Positions 8,398-19,170 are shown, numbered from the stretch's first letter. The stretch is DNA of 64,000 nt from an uncultured Bacteroidales bacterium (GCA_963816365.1 CAWFKG010000005.1:457850-521849), one strand, 5' to 3'. Notes: generated from the letters alone by a model not told the origin. A program made the numbers and translations.

Positions 8398-9813
8398 ATG
8401 AGAAAGGTAATTTTATATATTTTACTTTCGTTAACTACGACACTTTTATCAGGTCAGTTAAAGAGTGGGTATGAGATTGGAATATCCATACCTGACCTTG
8501 CTGACTCCACTGTTTACCTGGCATACCATCTGGGCGACAAACAGTATATACAGGATACAATCAAACTCAACAAATCAGGTCATGGAGTTGTTGCAGGCAG
8601 GGAGGCCCTTCCGCAGGGTATTTATATGATCGTCTTACCGGGCCGCAAATATTTTGAACTTTTAATGTCCTCAGATCAGCAATTTTCAGTGAGTTGTACT
8701 TTCAGTGATTATTTCAATACCCTTAAATTTACCGGGTCGGACGAAAATTCTGCTTTTGTCGATTACCAGAAAAACTGGGTTTCCATGCAGCAACGTGCTA
8801 TGGCAATATCTAAAAGGATTCAAAATAACAGGCAAAACAACGATTCTTTGAAAATTCTTGGTTCACTTCAAAAGCTTCAGGAAGACAGGATGAAATTATA
8901 TCTGAAAAGTGTCATCAAGGCAAATGAAGGGAAATTTCTGGCAACATTGGTAAAGGCAATGCTGCCGGTAGATATCCCTGATTTTTCTGTAGTCGGATTC
9001 GCAAATCCCGACTCGGTAAAATGGATCAGGAATTATACTTATAACAAGGATCACTTCTTTGATAACATTGACCTTACTGATGAGAGGCTTCTGCGCACAC
9101 CTATTTTATACACAAGGCTCAATGCCTTTTTCACCAGTGTTCTAATTCAGATACCTGATACCATAAACAAGGAAATCGACAGACTTCTTAAAAAATGCAG
9201 CTCAAACCATAAAGTATTTCAGTTTGTCTCAGTTTTTCTGTTTAACCATTTCAGAGAGAGTGAGATCATGGGTCAGGATGCAGTGATGGTCAAGCTTGCA
9301 GATGACATTTATCTCTCCGGTAAAGCAGACTGGGTAAGTAAGGAGTTTAAAGATGATCTCCGGAAACAGATAGATCTTATAAGACCAAATCTTATCGGTA
9401 AAAAAGCCGAAAACATCGTGATGGATTCATTCAATGGAATTTTCGTCTCTCTATATGATGTTGAAAAAGATTTTACTATTCTCTACTTCTGGGAGCCCGA
9501 TTGCGGGCACTGCAAGGAGGCTACTCCCAAACTAAAAGCCTTCTACGATAAACCAAAGGATTACAGCCTCGAAGTATTTGCTGTCTGTACAACGTCAGAC
9601 AAGTCAAAATGGACTAAGTATATAGAGGATAATAAACTCACATGGATCAATGGATGGGACCCGAAGAGAGGTTCACATTATGATTATTATTATAATGTTC
9701 AATCTACGCCTACCGTATACATTTTGGATAAAAACAAGAAAATAATTGCCAAGAAGCTGGCTGTTGAAGAGATTGGTCCGTTCATTGATAATTACAGAAA
9801 GTTTTTTAAGTAG
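8398..9813 (+). CDS. secreted thioredoxin-fold (TlpA/AhpC-like) protein with a long N-terminal domain (DUF5106-like)
   Basis: Signal peptide MRKVILYILLSLTTTLLSG. The C-terminal thioredoxin fold has ILYFWEPDCGHCKEATPKL (a CxxC motif). Confidence 0.7.
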   Translation: MRKVILYILLSLTTTLLSGQLKSGYEIGISIPDLADSTVYLAYHLGDKQYIQDTIKLNKSGHGVVAGREALPQGIYMIVLPGRKYFELLMSSDQQFSVSCTFSDYFNTLKFTGSDENSAFVDYQKNWVSMQQRAMAISKRIQNNRQNNDSLKILGSLQKLQEDRMKLYLKSVIKANEGKFLATLVKAMLPVDIPDFSVVGFANPDSVKWIRNYTYNKDHFFDNIDLTDERLLRTPILYTRLNAFFTSVLIQIPDTINKEIDRLLKKCSSNHKVFQFVSVFLFNHFRESEIMGQDAVMVKLADDIYLSGKADWVSKEFKDDLRKQIDLIRPNLIGKKAENIVMDSFNGIFVSLYDVEKDFTILYFWEPDCGHCKEATPKLKAFYDKPKDYSLEVFAVCTTSDKSKWTKYIEDNKLTWINGWDPKRGSHYDYYYNVQSTPTVYILDKNKKIIAKKLAVEEIGPFIDNYRKFFK

Positions 9814-9817
9814 CCCT

Positions 9818-10828
9818 TCATACCTTTCTGTTCAGGTACGAAATCAATTCATATATGGAGCTGAACTCCTCATTATCGTTTCTTGTCAGGAGCTGCCAAC
9901 CGGCTTTGCTGTCTGATGGGATTATAATGTAAGGAAACGATTTTTCTTTTGAAAGAGTAAATCCTGCCCTGTTGATTGCCTTTTCTGTCCAATGCCTCGT
10001 GTTGCCCTCTCCTTCTATATATATACTGTCCAGCGGATCGCTTCTGAATGAAAAAGTTCCGTCCTGAGAATTGAACAGCACGGTTGATGAATTAAAAAGA
10101 TGGTCAAAAGATCCGGCAATCATCAAATCTTCAGGCGCACCTTCGATTAGCCCGTTATCGAGTATAAGCCATATTTTATCTGCCTGACTAATTGCTGTCT
10201 GAAGATCATGAGTCGAGAAGATCACCGTTTTACCATTATTGCCTGATAGCTTACGCAGAAGGTGGAAAATATCATATTTGGCGGCTACATCGAGGAACGC
10301 CGTGGGCTCATCCATTATCATGGTACCGGTATCCTGGGCTAAGATCCTGGCAATCATTGTCTTTTGGCGTTCGCCGTCGGACAGCTCAGAAACAAACTTA
10401 TCCCTTAAGCTTTGTATTGAGGTCATTTCAAGTGCATTTGCTATAGCCTCCTGGTCTTTCAGCTCAATTTTTCCTAACCAGTTAGTATGAGGGAACCTGC
10501 CGAGAGCAACCAGATCATAGACTCGCATATTACTGACTTTAACGATCTCTGTGGAAATATACCCAACTTTCTGAGCCAGTTCAATTCTGGAGAAATCCTT
10601 AATATTATCACCCTCATAATATATCGCCCCTCCGAGAGGTTGCTGTAATCCTGTGAGTGTTCTCAGTAGTGTGCTCTTTCCTATTCCGTTGCGTCCGATG
10701 ACTGCGATCATCTCCCCACTGAATGCCCGTGCTGAAAGGGGTGGAAGGAGAATATTTTTATTTTTCCCCGAAACGTACCCAATCTCAAGTGAATCGATTG
10801 ATAATATTTCCTTTCTGGTTATTTTCAT
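9818..10828 (-). CDS. btuD: ABC transporter ATP-binding protein (BtuD/FecE type) with a ~100-aa C-terminal extension
   Basis: Walker A GRNGIGKST, signature LSDGERQ, Walker B IMDEPTAFLD. ATG 10828 overlaps the permease stop as ATGA. The ORF track extends the ORF to 10870. The B12 assignment rests on the operon riboswitch. Confidence 0.75.
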   Translation of the reverse strand: MKITRKEILSIDSLEIGYVSGKNKNILLPPLSARAFSGEMIAVIGRNGIGKSTLLRTLTGLQQPLGGAIYYEGDNIKDFSRIELAQKVGYISTEIVKVSNMRVYDLVALGRFPHTNWLGKIELKDQEAIANALEMTSIQSLRDKFVSELSDGERQKTMIARILAQDTGTMIMDEPTAFLDVAAKYDIFHLLRKLSGNNGKTVIFSTHDLQTAISQADKIWLILDNGLIEGAPEDLMIAGSFDHLFNSSTVLFNSQDGTFSFRSDPLDSIYIEGEGNTRHWTEKAINRAGFTLSKEKSFPYIIIPSDSKAGWQLLTRNDNEEFSSIYELISYLNRKV

Positions 10829-11889
10829 CAGAACTGTCCTGAATATTTCCGGTTGCGCAAGATTACCCATATGACCACAGGAATTCCAATAAGTGAGGTG
10901 ACGGCATTTACGGGCAGAACACTCTCCGATCCGGGTAGCTGAGATATAATATCACTAAGCAACATAACTGCCCCACCCATCAGAATTGTGCCCGGAATTA
11001 AAACTTTGTGATCGGAAGTTTTAAATATTATCCTTACAATATGAGGTACTGCTATCCCTATAAAACCAATGGGTCCGCAAAATGCAGTGACGCTTCCCGC
11101 AAGGATGCTGGTACATATAAATACGATCCCCCTGGCAAATCTGACATTGAGCCCGATACTTCCCGCATAGTTTTCCCCCAGCAACAGTGCATTTAATATT
11201 TTAGATGAGAATATGCTCATAATAACTCCTGCTGAGACACTGATAAGAAGAACATTAAGCTGATTTTCCGAAAGATTTCCCAGGCTTCCCATGGTCCATA
11301 TCACGTAGGCTTTCAGCATAGTTTCGTTGCTGAAGTATTGCATAATTGTAACAATAGCAGAAATCCCGCTCGAGAGCATAATCCCAAGGATAAGGATGGT
11401 CATAATATCTTTTACCCTTGATGATATTATCATTATTAAAAGCATTACTGCGCCAGCTCCCGCCCAGGAGGCTGTAACAAGGATCCAGTTTCCTAAGCCG
11501 TTAAGACTGTCAGGACTGATACTGGCAGAAAAGCCCAGGATAACAAAAGCTACCCCAAGGCTTGCTCCCGAACTGATTCCAAGTACATAAGGTCCCGCCA
11601 TAGGGTTCCTGAAAACAGTCTGCATCTGCAGCCCGCTCAGTGATAAGGCAACTCCTACCGTCAGAGCTGTTATTGCCTTAGGTAACCTGAATTTCAGGAT
11701 AATAGTCTCAAAATTGCTGTTCGTATGGGTGAAAATAGCTTTAAGTACTTCGGATGGTCTTATGCTTACTGAACCTAAGAATATATCAAGAACCAGAAGA
11801 ATGATAACCAGCAGAAACAAACCCGGGAAAATGAGCCTGATATTTTTTTGTGATGTAACCCCGGCAGTTAAATCTTTTTGTACTCTCAA
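10828..11889 (-). CDS. btuC: FecCD-family ABC permease (BtuC-like)
   Basis: Polytopic membrane protein. GPIGFIGIAVPHIVR and GGAVMLLSDIISQ are typical of FecCD/BtuC permeases. Confidence 0.8.
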   Translation of the reverse strand: MRVQKDLTAGVTSQKNIRLIFPGLFLLVIILLVLDIFLGSVSIRPSEVLKAIFTHTNSNFETIILKFRLPKAITALTVGVALSLSGLQMQTVFRNPMAGPYVLGISSGASLGVAFVILGFSASISPDSLNGLGNWILVTASWAGAGAVMLLIMIISSRVKDIMTILILGIMLSSGISAIVTIMQYFSNETMLKAYVIWTMGSLGNLSENQLNVLLISVSAGVIMSIFSSKILNALLLGENYAGSIGLNVRFARGIVFICTSILAGSVTAFCGPIGFIGIAVPHIVRIIFKTSDHKVLIPGTILMGGAVMLLSDIISQLPGSESVLPVNAVTSLIGIPVVIWVILRNRKYSGQF

Positions 11890-11899
11890 GTGATCTGTT

Positions 11900-13045
11900 T
11901 TAATAAATTTTCCTGTAATAGGTCAGTTCATGATCACTGAACAATTCAGGATGAAAAATAGTAGCTAAATCTTTTAGGAGGAGATGAGGGTAGAGACTTC
12001 CGCTTTCCCAAAAATCATTTCCTCCTTTGAATGTTATGCGTTTATTATTATTAAACAGGCTGTCATTTTTGAAACAGGGGAGATCACTGAGCCGTTGATC
12101 TACATAGGAGATCTCATTCCTTGAATTGACGCTCCCGATATTCAGCCAGACATCTGCTTTCATTGCACGTAAATAGACATTTTCAAGTCCATATGGCATT
12201 GATACAGATGATTCAGTGTCCTTCCAGAGATAATCTCCTCCAGCATCCTCAATAAGTTTACTTATGAATGAATTACCTGGTGAAATATACCAGGTGTCTT
12301 TAAAAGGCAATCCAAGCATAACCTTTGGCCTGGTTATTATGCTGTTGTTCACAAACGATTTTAGTTTATCATATTCTGCAACTTCAGAGTTAAAAATGCT
12401 GTCGGCTGAATTTTCCCTGCAAAACAGAGCCCCAAATAATTTGATCCATTCAGCTCTGCCAAGCGGATCAGTTTCAAGGTAATCAGCATTAATGATAACC
12501 TTAGTACCCAGCTCTTTTAATTTCCCAACATAACCTGCTGATTCACTTCCTATTCCATATATCATTATCAGATCAGGTTTGATTTTGAGGATCAGCTCTT
12601 TATTGAGATTCGCCTCATAACCGACATCCATTATTAAGCCTTTATCAACTCTTGAATTCAGAGCAGGTGAATAGATGAAATCTGTACCTGAAACACCCGC
12701 AATAGTATTCTCCTCATGCAGGGCAGATATCATAGCAAGATGGGTAGTCGACATACAGACTATTTTTTTCAGTGGAACAAAAATAATATTTGAAGAATCT
12801 GTGCCTTCCGGTAATTCTTCCCCTCTTTTCAGAAGATAATAGACCTGGCTCACATTTATTGCTCCCTGCCATGGATTAATTATTTTTATTTCGGTCCATC
12901 CTGGTTTTTTTTCAAGCGAGAATCGTTGTGCACTCACAATTTCATTTCCAGCTCCCGGTTGTGTACCGGAAATCTTTCTTTCACTGTTCCTGCAGGCAGA
13001 AATTGTTAATAATATAATGATCAATATCGATTTCAGAACATTCAA
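11900..13045 (-). CDS. btuF: periplasmic-binding-protein lipoprotein (BtuF/FecB-like)
   Basis: Lipobox LLTISAC. Class III PBP layout (KKIVCMSTTHLAMI...PDLIMIYG). Confidence 0.7.
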   Translation of the reverse strand: MNVLKSILIIILLTISACRNSERKISGTQPGAGNEIVSAQRFSLEKKPGWTEIKIINPWQGAINVSQVYYLLKRGEELPEGTDSSNIIFVPLKKIVCMSTTHLAMISALHEENTIAGVSGTDFIYSPALNSRVDKGLIMDVGYEANLNKELILKIKPDLIMIYGIGSESAGYVGKLKELGTKVIINADYLETDPLGRAEWIKLFGALFCRENSADSIFNSEVAEYDKLKSFVNNSIITRPKVMLGLPFKDTWYISPGNSFISKLIEDAGGDYLWKDTESSVSMPYGLENVYLRAMKADVWLNIGSVNSRNEISYVDQRLSDLPCFKNDSLFNNNKRITFKGGNDFWESGSLYPHLLLKDLATIFHPELFSDHELTYYRKIY

Positions 13046-13076
13046 TATTTTCTGTACCAGGATGAAGTTATTTAAA

Positions 13077-14130
13077 TCAATTAGCGGAGGTATTGATTCT
13101 CAGTTTAAAGTACAATGATCCGGGAATAATACCAACTTGCTGATTAGAGGTAACATTTCCGGTCTGATCATAGAATATCAGATAACCAGGATGAACATAA
13201 TCAACTGCATCAGTAACAAGAATTTCGTTATTTAACGGATTAATTCCCAGCTGGTAAAAATTCTGTCCCGGTTGAGGCAGAATAAAGGGAGCAGCCGGCA
13301 GTTCAGTGGAGTTTATAGATAGCCGCCTGACGCCATTATCAAGATAATAAAGATTCTCACCGATCCCATCAGCCCTAAGGCATGTGGGTGAAGCCTCCTT
13401 TGTTGGAAAAGTCAATGTTTTTTCAACAAGGTTTGTGCTTGTATTAATTTGGACCAGTTCAGCATAGTTTTGTCTCATCCAGCCTCCATTACAAAGGACC
13501 CAAAGCCTTCCAAATCTGTCAAAAGCCATACTTTCCGGTTCCTTACCGACTACAATTGAGTCAACTATTTCATCGTCCGAAGTATTAATTACCATAACTT
13601 TATCTCCCCCTGACCAGTTCAAAATAAATGCTTTATTTCCGACAACAGCTATCCCTTCTGATGTTCTCCTCAGGTTAATATAACCTGCAATAGAATTGGT
13701 AGTGAGGTTTATAATTGTAATTGAGTCAGAATAAAGGCTTGAGACATACGCTTTATAATCATTCACAAAGCAAATATTACGCGGGGAATTCAGTCCGGTT
13801 ATCGTTCCCCTTGATTCAAGTGTTGCCTGGTCTGCAATTTCAATTTTTCCTGAATTATTGACAATAATATAAGCTTTGTCTCCTTTTATAGCCATTGCAT
13901 TTGGTACATCTCCCAATGGCCTGCCGTTGGCTTTATAGAAAATGTCATTATAGATCTTTGAAGAATCGTATGAATAAAAAGAGATCGAACCATTTCCGGC
14001 CAGGTAGTTGCCTTCGTTAACAACAAAAACACCTCCTCCAAGAGAATAATGGATTGTCGGTGGCGATGGTACTTTGCTGCATGAGGAAACTATCAGAAGG
14101 AGAAATAACAATTTTAATTAAATTTTTCAT
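13077..14130 (-). CDS. DUF5074/YncE-like surface beta-propeller lipoprotein
   Basis: GGVFVVNEGNYLAGNGSISFY and repeated propeller blades. The lipoprotein signal ..LLLIVSSCS needs either the TTG start at 14111 (ORF track) or ATG 14130 (MKNLIKI..) with one extra base removed. Confidence 0.65.
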
Positions 14131-14137
14131 TTTAAAT

Positions 14138-16063
14138 CTATTTAATTATTTGTACTAGAATCTTTAAGGAGTATGACCGCCCTGGAAGCGGATAGTATGC
14201 AATAGACTGATAATCAACATTAAATATATTATCGATATTAATATTTAAATCTATAAAAGAGGCTTTCACAGGCACTTTTATGCCAGTTGTAAAGTTATTT
14301 ATTAAGTATCCCGGAAGATAATTTGAATTGTCTGCCATAATATATCGTACTCCTGTAAAGCTGGCAAGCCATGATGCATAGATTTTCCCATAGCCAAACC
14401 GGAACGAGGCGTTAGCCTGATTTTCAGGTATATACATTAGCTGTTCCCGACCCGAACCTGCGCTCGTTGCCCTGGTAAATGTGTAAAATGCTTTGAGAGT
14501 TGCATTCATATGATTAAGAATATATTCCAAAGATAAAGTAGATTCCGCTCCAGCCGAGAGTGCAGCAGTGATATTATCAGGAGTCCAGTAGGAGTATTCG
14601 CCCTGATGCCATAATATCATATCTTTTATATTATAACGGAAAACCGATAAATCATATTTTAAATGCAGCGGATCAGAAATTCTCTGGTCCATTTCAAAAG
14701 ATGCTTCGTAAATAAAAGCATATTCATTTTTAAGGTCAGGATTGCCGCCCGGCAACCAGAACAGATCATTCATAGAGGGAATCCTGGAGTTCCTTGAAAT
14801 ATTTGCTTTAAGATAATATTCCCTGCCGTTTATTAATCTGAATTGCATTCCTGCTGTAAAATCAGGAAAAAGTAATGTACTCCTATCCAGGATCTCACGT
14901 AGCAGGATCGTTGTACCAAACCTTTCGGTTTTTCTTTCAACTGATACAGTAAGAGAAGCAGTATTCCTGGTTTTCCTGCTGTTATAGTTATTTGATTTAA
15001 TAAGACAGGACTGTTCATCCAATGCAATATTTAATTTTGAGTTTTCTGAAAGCGGTTTTCCAAGGCTGGCTTTGAAGGTCAGAATTTCCGAAAGGTTCCT
15101 CGAGTCAATCGATGCCTGTGGATTAAGATAATTCAGGTTTGAAAGCATCCATGCACCCGTGACCGAATAATCTGTACTTCCTCTATTTGAGACATAATTC
15201 AGCATGGTCCTGACTGATTCGTCAAACTGTTTTTCACCTGAATTGGGAGCAGTCAGAAGTGATGCAGGCAGATTTCTGGCCGAATTCTCATACCATACTC
15301 TTGCAGATGTAACACTATTATGGCTTTGAATATATACCTCCTGCACAAAACCATTCTGCTGTAACTGGTTATTAGTGCGGGTCTGCCAAACAGGCTCAGT
15401 TCCTTCAACAGAGTTAAGATACCTGAAGTTATTTTCCGCGTTTTGAAAATATCCTTTTGTAATTGTCTGGAATCTATAATTACCGGTTTTTACCTTCATT
15501 AATCCCGAGTATTGGCCAAAACTTCCAGCCGAAGAATTTACAGAAATCAGGGTTTCATTTTTCCAGACAGGTTTAGTTTCCAGGTTAATTGTACCTCCTA
15601 TTCCTCCGTTATTTAAAGCCATTGATGCACCGCCGAAGCAGATCTGGATATCATCGATCAGCCCAACCGGTATAAGAGCAAAATCTGACTGCCCCAGCAT
15701 AGGACTATTTATATTAATACCATTCCAGTCTAACAGAGTATGATTTGCTGCTGTACCTCTGAAGGAAGGAGTTGCGGTCCCTCCCATTCCATAGCTTTTA
15801 ATGAAAATGCCCGTATTTTCAGATAACATGTCAGACAGGTTCCTATTATTATAATTCACAAGCCGGGAAGAGTCGAATGTTGTTATTTTGTAACCGGAGG
15901 GATCAGGATTTAGCCTTTTTCCACTGATGACCACCTCTTTTATTTTAACTGTATCATTTTCAATTGAAAGTTGACTATAAAGAGGAAATGAAATTAAGGA
16001 AACCATGATTAACAGTGCAATTTGCAACCGATGGTCTTTAAAGATAATTAATTTCCCAGCCAC
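14138..16063 (-). CDS. btuB: TonB-dependent outer-membrane receptor, cobalamin-riboswitch controlled (BtuB-like)
   Basis: Plug plus 22-strand barrel pattern (VVISGKR..., FRGTAANHTLLDWNGININSPMLGQSDF, C-terminal ...GRSYSLKILVQIIK). It lies directly downstream of the B12 riboswitch. Confidence 0.8.
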   Translation of the reverse strand: MAGKLIIFKDHRLQIALLIMVSLISFPLYSQLSIENDTVKIKEVVISGKRLNPDPSGYKITTFDSSRLVNYNNRNLSDMLSENTGIFIKSYGMGGTATPSFRGTAANHTLLDWNGININSPMLGQSDFALIPVGLIDDIQICFGGASMALNNGGIGGTINLETKPVWKNETLISVNSSAGSFGQYSGLMKVKTGNYRFQTITKGYFQNAENNFRYLNSVEGTEPVWQTRTNNQLQQNGFVQEVYIQSHNSVTSARVWYENSARNLPASLLTAPNSGEKQFDESVRTMLNYVSNRGSTDYSVTGAWMLSNLNYLNPQASIDSRNLSEILTFKASLGKPLSENSKLNIALDEQSCLIKSNNYNSRKTRNTASLTVSVERKTERFGTTILLREILDRSTLLFPDFTAGMQFRLINGREYYLKANISRNSRIPSMNDLFWLPGGNPDLKNEYAFIYEASFEMDQRISDPLHLKYDLSVFRYNIKDMILWHQGEYSYWTPDNITAALSAGAESTLSLEYILNHMNATLKAFYTFTRATSAGSGREQLMYIPENQANASFRFGYGKIYASWLASFTGVRYIMADNSNYLPGYLINNFTTGIKVPVKASFIDLNINIDNIFNVDYQSIAYYPLPGRSYSLKILVQIIK

Positions 16064-16197
16064 TTTTCAAGATGCTTTAGGTCTGTTTCAAAATCAACCC
16101 GGTAGTCCGATATCCGCCGCTGATCAGGAATTTTAAGTGGGGAATCAATGAATGATCCGGCGCTTTTCTTCCCGAAAGCTTTGAATATTAGATTTAT

Positions 16198-16356
16198 CTG
16201 GCAGGTCTTCTGACTTATCCCGGATTTATGAAGCCTTCCCATCCGCCGGCTGGCGGACAGTGGCAGGTAGTTCACAAAACCATCATCCCGCATAAGGCGG
16301 GATCGGGCATCACAGCAGCGGGTACTGTTGCGGATTCAAACCGCATTCCCTTTTCA
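16198..16356 (-). promoter_or_regulatory. cobalamin (B12) riboswitch
   Basis: The minus-strand RNA reads ..AAAAGGGAATGCGGTTTGAATCCGCAACAGTACCCGCTGCTGTGA...CTGCCACTGTCCGCC...GGGAAGGC...AAGTCAGAAGACCTGCCAG. It has the conserved GGGAA/GGT.AATCC core, GCCACTG, and the B12 box (GTCAGAAGACCTGCC, 16198-16214). Confidence 0.88.
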
Positions 16357-16462
16357 TTACAATGATTTTATTTCATTGTAACACCAAAACGGAACAAATA
16401 TAAACGATTTTTTTTATACAGCCACAAATTGAGAATGATCAGATATCAACAGTTGTTAACAA

Positions 16463-16498
16463 TAATGTAGGGCATGGTCGCGACAATGCCCTACATTA
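16463..16498 (-). terminator. 13-bp GTAG-type hairpin at the 3' end of the transglutaminase/thioredoxin-like gene
   Basis: TAATGTAGGGCAT (16463-16475) is the perfect reverse complement of ATGCCCTACATTA (16486-16498). The gene's stop codon (ATA ATG TAG on the minus strand) lies in the hairpin arm. Confidence 0.6.
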
Positions 16499-19157
16499 TA
16501 TATTTTAATATCTCTTCACCAATTCCTATTCTGTATCCAGTAGATAAGAATACAATATTTCCATACTTATCAGCGACAACCACCACCGGCAGATTTATCT
16601 CAGTTGACAAGTTGAATTTAAGACTGTATTTTAAGACTGTCAGCTTATCATCCCTTCCAAAGAACGTATTAAGCGGCATGCCTTTCATACTTACCTTGTC
16701 AAAGTCCGGAGCCTCTGACAAGAAAAGAAATCTTCCTCCCCACCTGTCAAATTCCGGTTTCAGATCAGGAAGATCATTAAAAATATGTTTGGTTGGCTCT
16801 TTTTCCGGATCGATCCATAAAATTACCATTCCCCTGTCAGGTGAACATGCCTGTGAAGTTTTACTGGCAGGATAAAGAGAGTTTATTGTGTTCGAGGTCA
16901 ATTTTGCCCAGGATCTTTTTCCCAGAGACCTCCTTCCTGATTTTTACATCAACTGTTTTATGCTCATTTTCGCGGAGGTCAAAAAATGAAATATTGGATA
17001 ATATCTTGCTGTCACTTAGCCTGTTACCAGTGACCAGCATGTAATGACCCGGAGAGAGTTGAAGTTCATCCTTAAAATCGGAAATTTTCCGGTTATAATC
17101 GTACTCCAGTGTGTTATAGCGCCCGTCATCAAATCTTGCAATGGTGAAGTGAATATAATATTCAGGCACAGGTCTGGTATCGCTTGATTGGAGTTTAATA
17201 AAACCCTTTTTCAGATCGGGCTGTTTCTGATCTGAAAAATATACATCTGTCCATTTATTATTTATGAAATACTGAGGAACATTACTACCTGGTTCAAGAC
17301 GGGAAGGTATTCCAAGACTACGGCATATTGCAACAAAACAAATTGCCCTTGAAGCTTTGTCTGAAACTCTGAGAGTATTGACTCCTACGGGCGTAAGCGG
17401 AGTCTGATAATAGTTATCATCATCATCAATTCTGATACTATCATTCAGGTACCGGATTATAATTGAAGGATCATATGGCGCCGTCTGAACCAGAATGAGA
17501 AGGCAGTATAGTACGGAAGTACCTTCTCCATGGCACCAGGAGTTCGTTTGCAACCCTTGGATTAATTACGTTCTCGAGAAAGAACTTGTTTTCGAAGTCA
17601 GTATGAAAATCAACATTCATGATTTGATCTGAAAGAACTTTTTCCCGGGTATCACGAAGATCTTTATCAGGAAGGATCTCAAGCAATGATATTGCATACG
17701 GAAGAAGGGAATCTGGTGTTGCTGTGAGGAAGGAGCTGATCTCTTTATAGTTGCCCATGCTTCTTGCAACTATACTACCGACTCTGGCGGTATCAATCTT
17801 AAGTTTCAGGGCAAGAGCCTCTGCTCCGGAGGAATTCATCCAGGAATTGATATATTTCTGACGCACAATATTTTCCTGGTTAATTCTTGCTGAATTCTGA
17901 TCAATAAGTACCTGAGAAGGACCCGGAAGAGGAGAACGAACAACAGGAACATTAAGATCAAGGTCAATACTCCCTTGTTCTGGCTCTTTTGGACTAATTT
18001 TCAGTAATAAAGTATCAGTCTCAGCTACTGATATCTTCTTAAAATCATATTCATCGCCTTTATGAGCCCATATCAGTAAATCCCCTAAACCTGTTTCAAA
18101 CTGGCTGATTCCAAATTCATTTGTCGGAACAACTGCGAGAGGATAAAACTCAGCATAGTTATATAGCTGATACTCAACCAAGGCATCTTTTATGGGTGCA
18201 TTGTTCCAATCTGTGACCTTCACAAAAATTTTCTTTGTAATGGCATACTTTCCTAGATTGTTAACATCAGTATAATCATTAAACCTGTTAATTGTATTCT
18301 CATTGCCTGTGAATTGTCCAAATGATTTTGTATGGACCAGCATCGCTCTGCGTGCAGGTTCGGTGAACCAGCCACGATCGAGGACAGGTTCAGGTTCACA
18401 GGCGCCCATATAGTGCCATTCACCGTTTGACCATATTTCAACCCAGGCATGGTTATCATCCGTATGTGCCCAGCGTGGAGTATATACCTGCCTGGCGGGA
18501 ATTCCAACCGTTCGAAGGGCAGCGACCGTAAATGTCGATTCTTCACCGCATCTTCCCCGTGCTGAAAGAATTGTACTCATGGGTGCGGAAGTCCTTATAT
18601 CAGCAGCCTGATAGCTGACCTTTTCATGGCACCAATGGTTTATTTCAAGGGCAGCTTCCTCTAAATCTTTTCCCTTAATCCTGTTCATGAGCTCCGTCAT
18701 AATAGACAATTCTGAATGAGTCGAGGTTCTCATTATTTACCCTGATGGGAGGACATAGTGCAGAAAAATCTCTTCAGGTATCTCTTTACCCCAGGCTGAT
18801 TCCTTTCGTGCGCAGTAAGGATTTATCTGCATTAGCCAGAAAAAAGTCTCCATTATAATCAGCCAGATCACTCAATGGCATGAATGCATAAAGAAATTTA
18901 AGAGCTTCTGCCTGTTCAACTGAGATTTTTTGTCTGAAAACTGTGAATAAAGCTGAATCTCTTTTTACACTGAGAAGCTTTCTCTGGCTGAAAGCTTTTT
19001 CAGTGATGGCCCGGTATTCATTGTTTGTAATCAGATGGCTGCGACTACAGGACACAAAAAGCATTATTACTAAAAACAGGGAGGAGAAAGGTCTTGCTAA
19101 AAAAAGTGTAGAGACAGGTCTCAGACCTGTCTCTACTATTTTAAAGGATATTTTCAT
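16491..19157 (-). CDS. transglutaminase-like (PNGase-like) lipoprotein with a C-terminal thioredoxin-fold domain; frame-disrupted at least 3 times
   Basis: Four consecutive overlapping fragments. 18786..19157 has the signal and ..LKFLYAFMPLSDLADY. 17471..18733 has the transglutaminase core GRCGEESTFTVAALRTVGIPARQVYTPRWAHTDDNHAWVEIW. The other two are 16861..17553 and 16491..16901 (WIDPEKEPTKH thioredoxin-like fold without CxxC). There is no intergenic space between fragments. Confidence 0.65.
19099..19136 (-). terminator. perfect 13-bp GTAG-type hairpin plus T7 tract, 35 nt downstream of the LacI stop and inside the first 17 codons of the next ORF
   Basis: GTAGAGACAGGTC tca GACCTGTCTCTAC (19108-19136). 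On the minus strand it is followed by ACTTTTTTTAG. Confidence 0.65.
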
Positions 19158-19170
19158 GTCAGCAACAGTT

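Noticed and set aside
8265-8474. 69-aa plus-strand ORF spanning the GT2 start and the 8398 gene start
   Set aside because: It covers a promoter region and overlaps two supported genes in other frames or on the other strand.
16048-16293. 81-aa minus-strand ORF upstream of the TonB receptor
   Set aside because: It overlaps the cobalamin riboswitch aptamer and expression platform. The sequence is explained by the RNA element.
16321-16345. tRNA-like T-arm string GGATTCAAACCGC
   Set aside because: It is part of the cobalamin riboswitch core helix. There is no acceptor or anticodon arm context.
16474-17044. Plus-strand ORFs 16474..16875 and 16793..17044
   Set aside because: They are antisense shadows of the transglutaminase/thioredoxin-like gene fragments.
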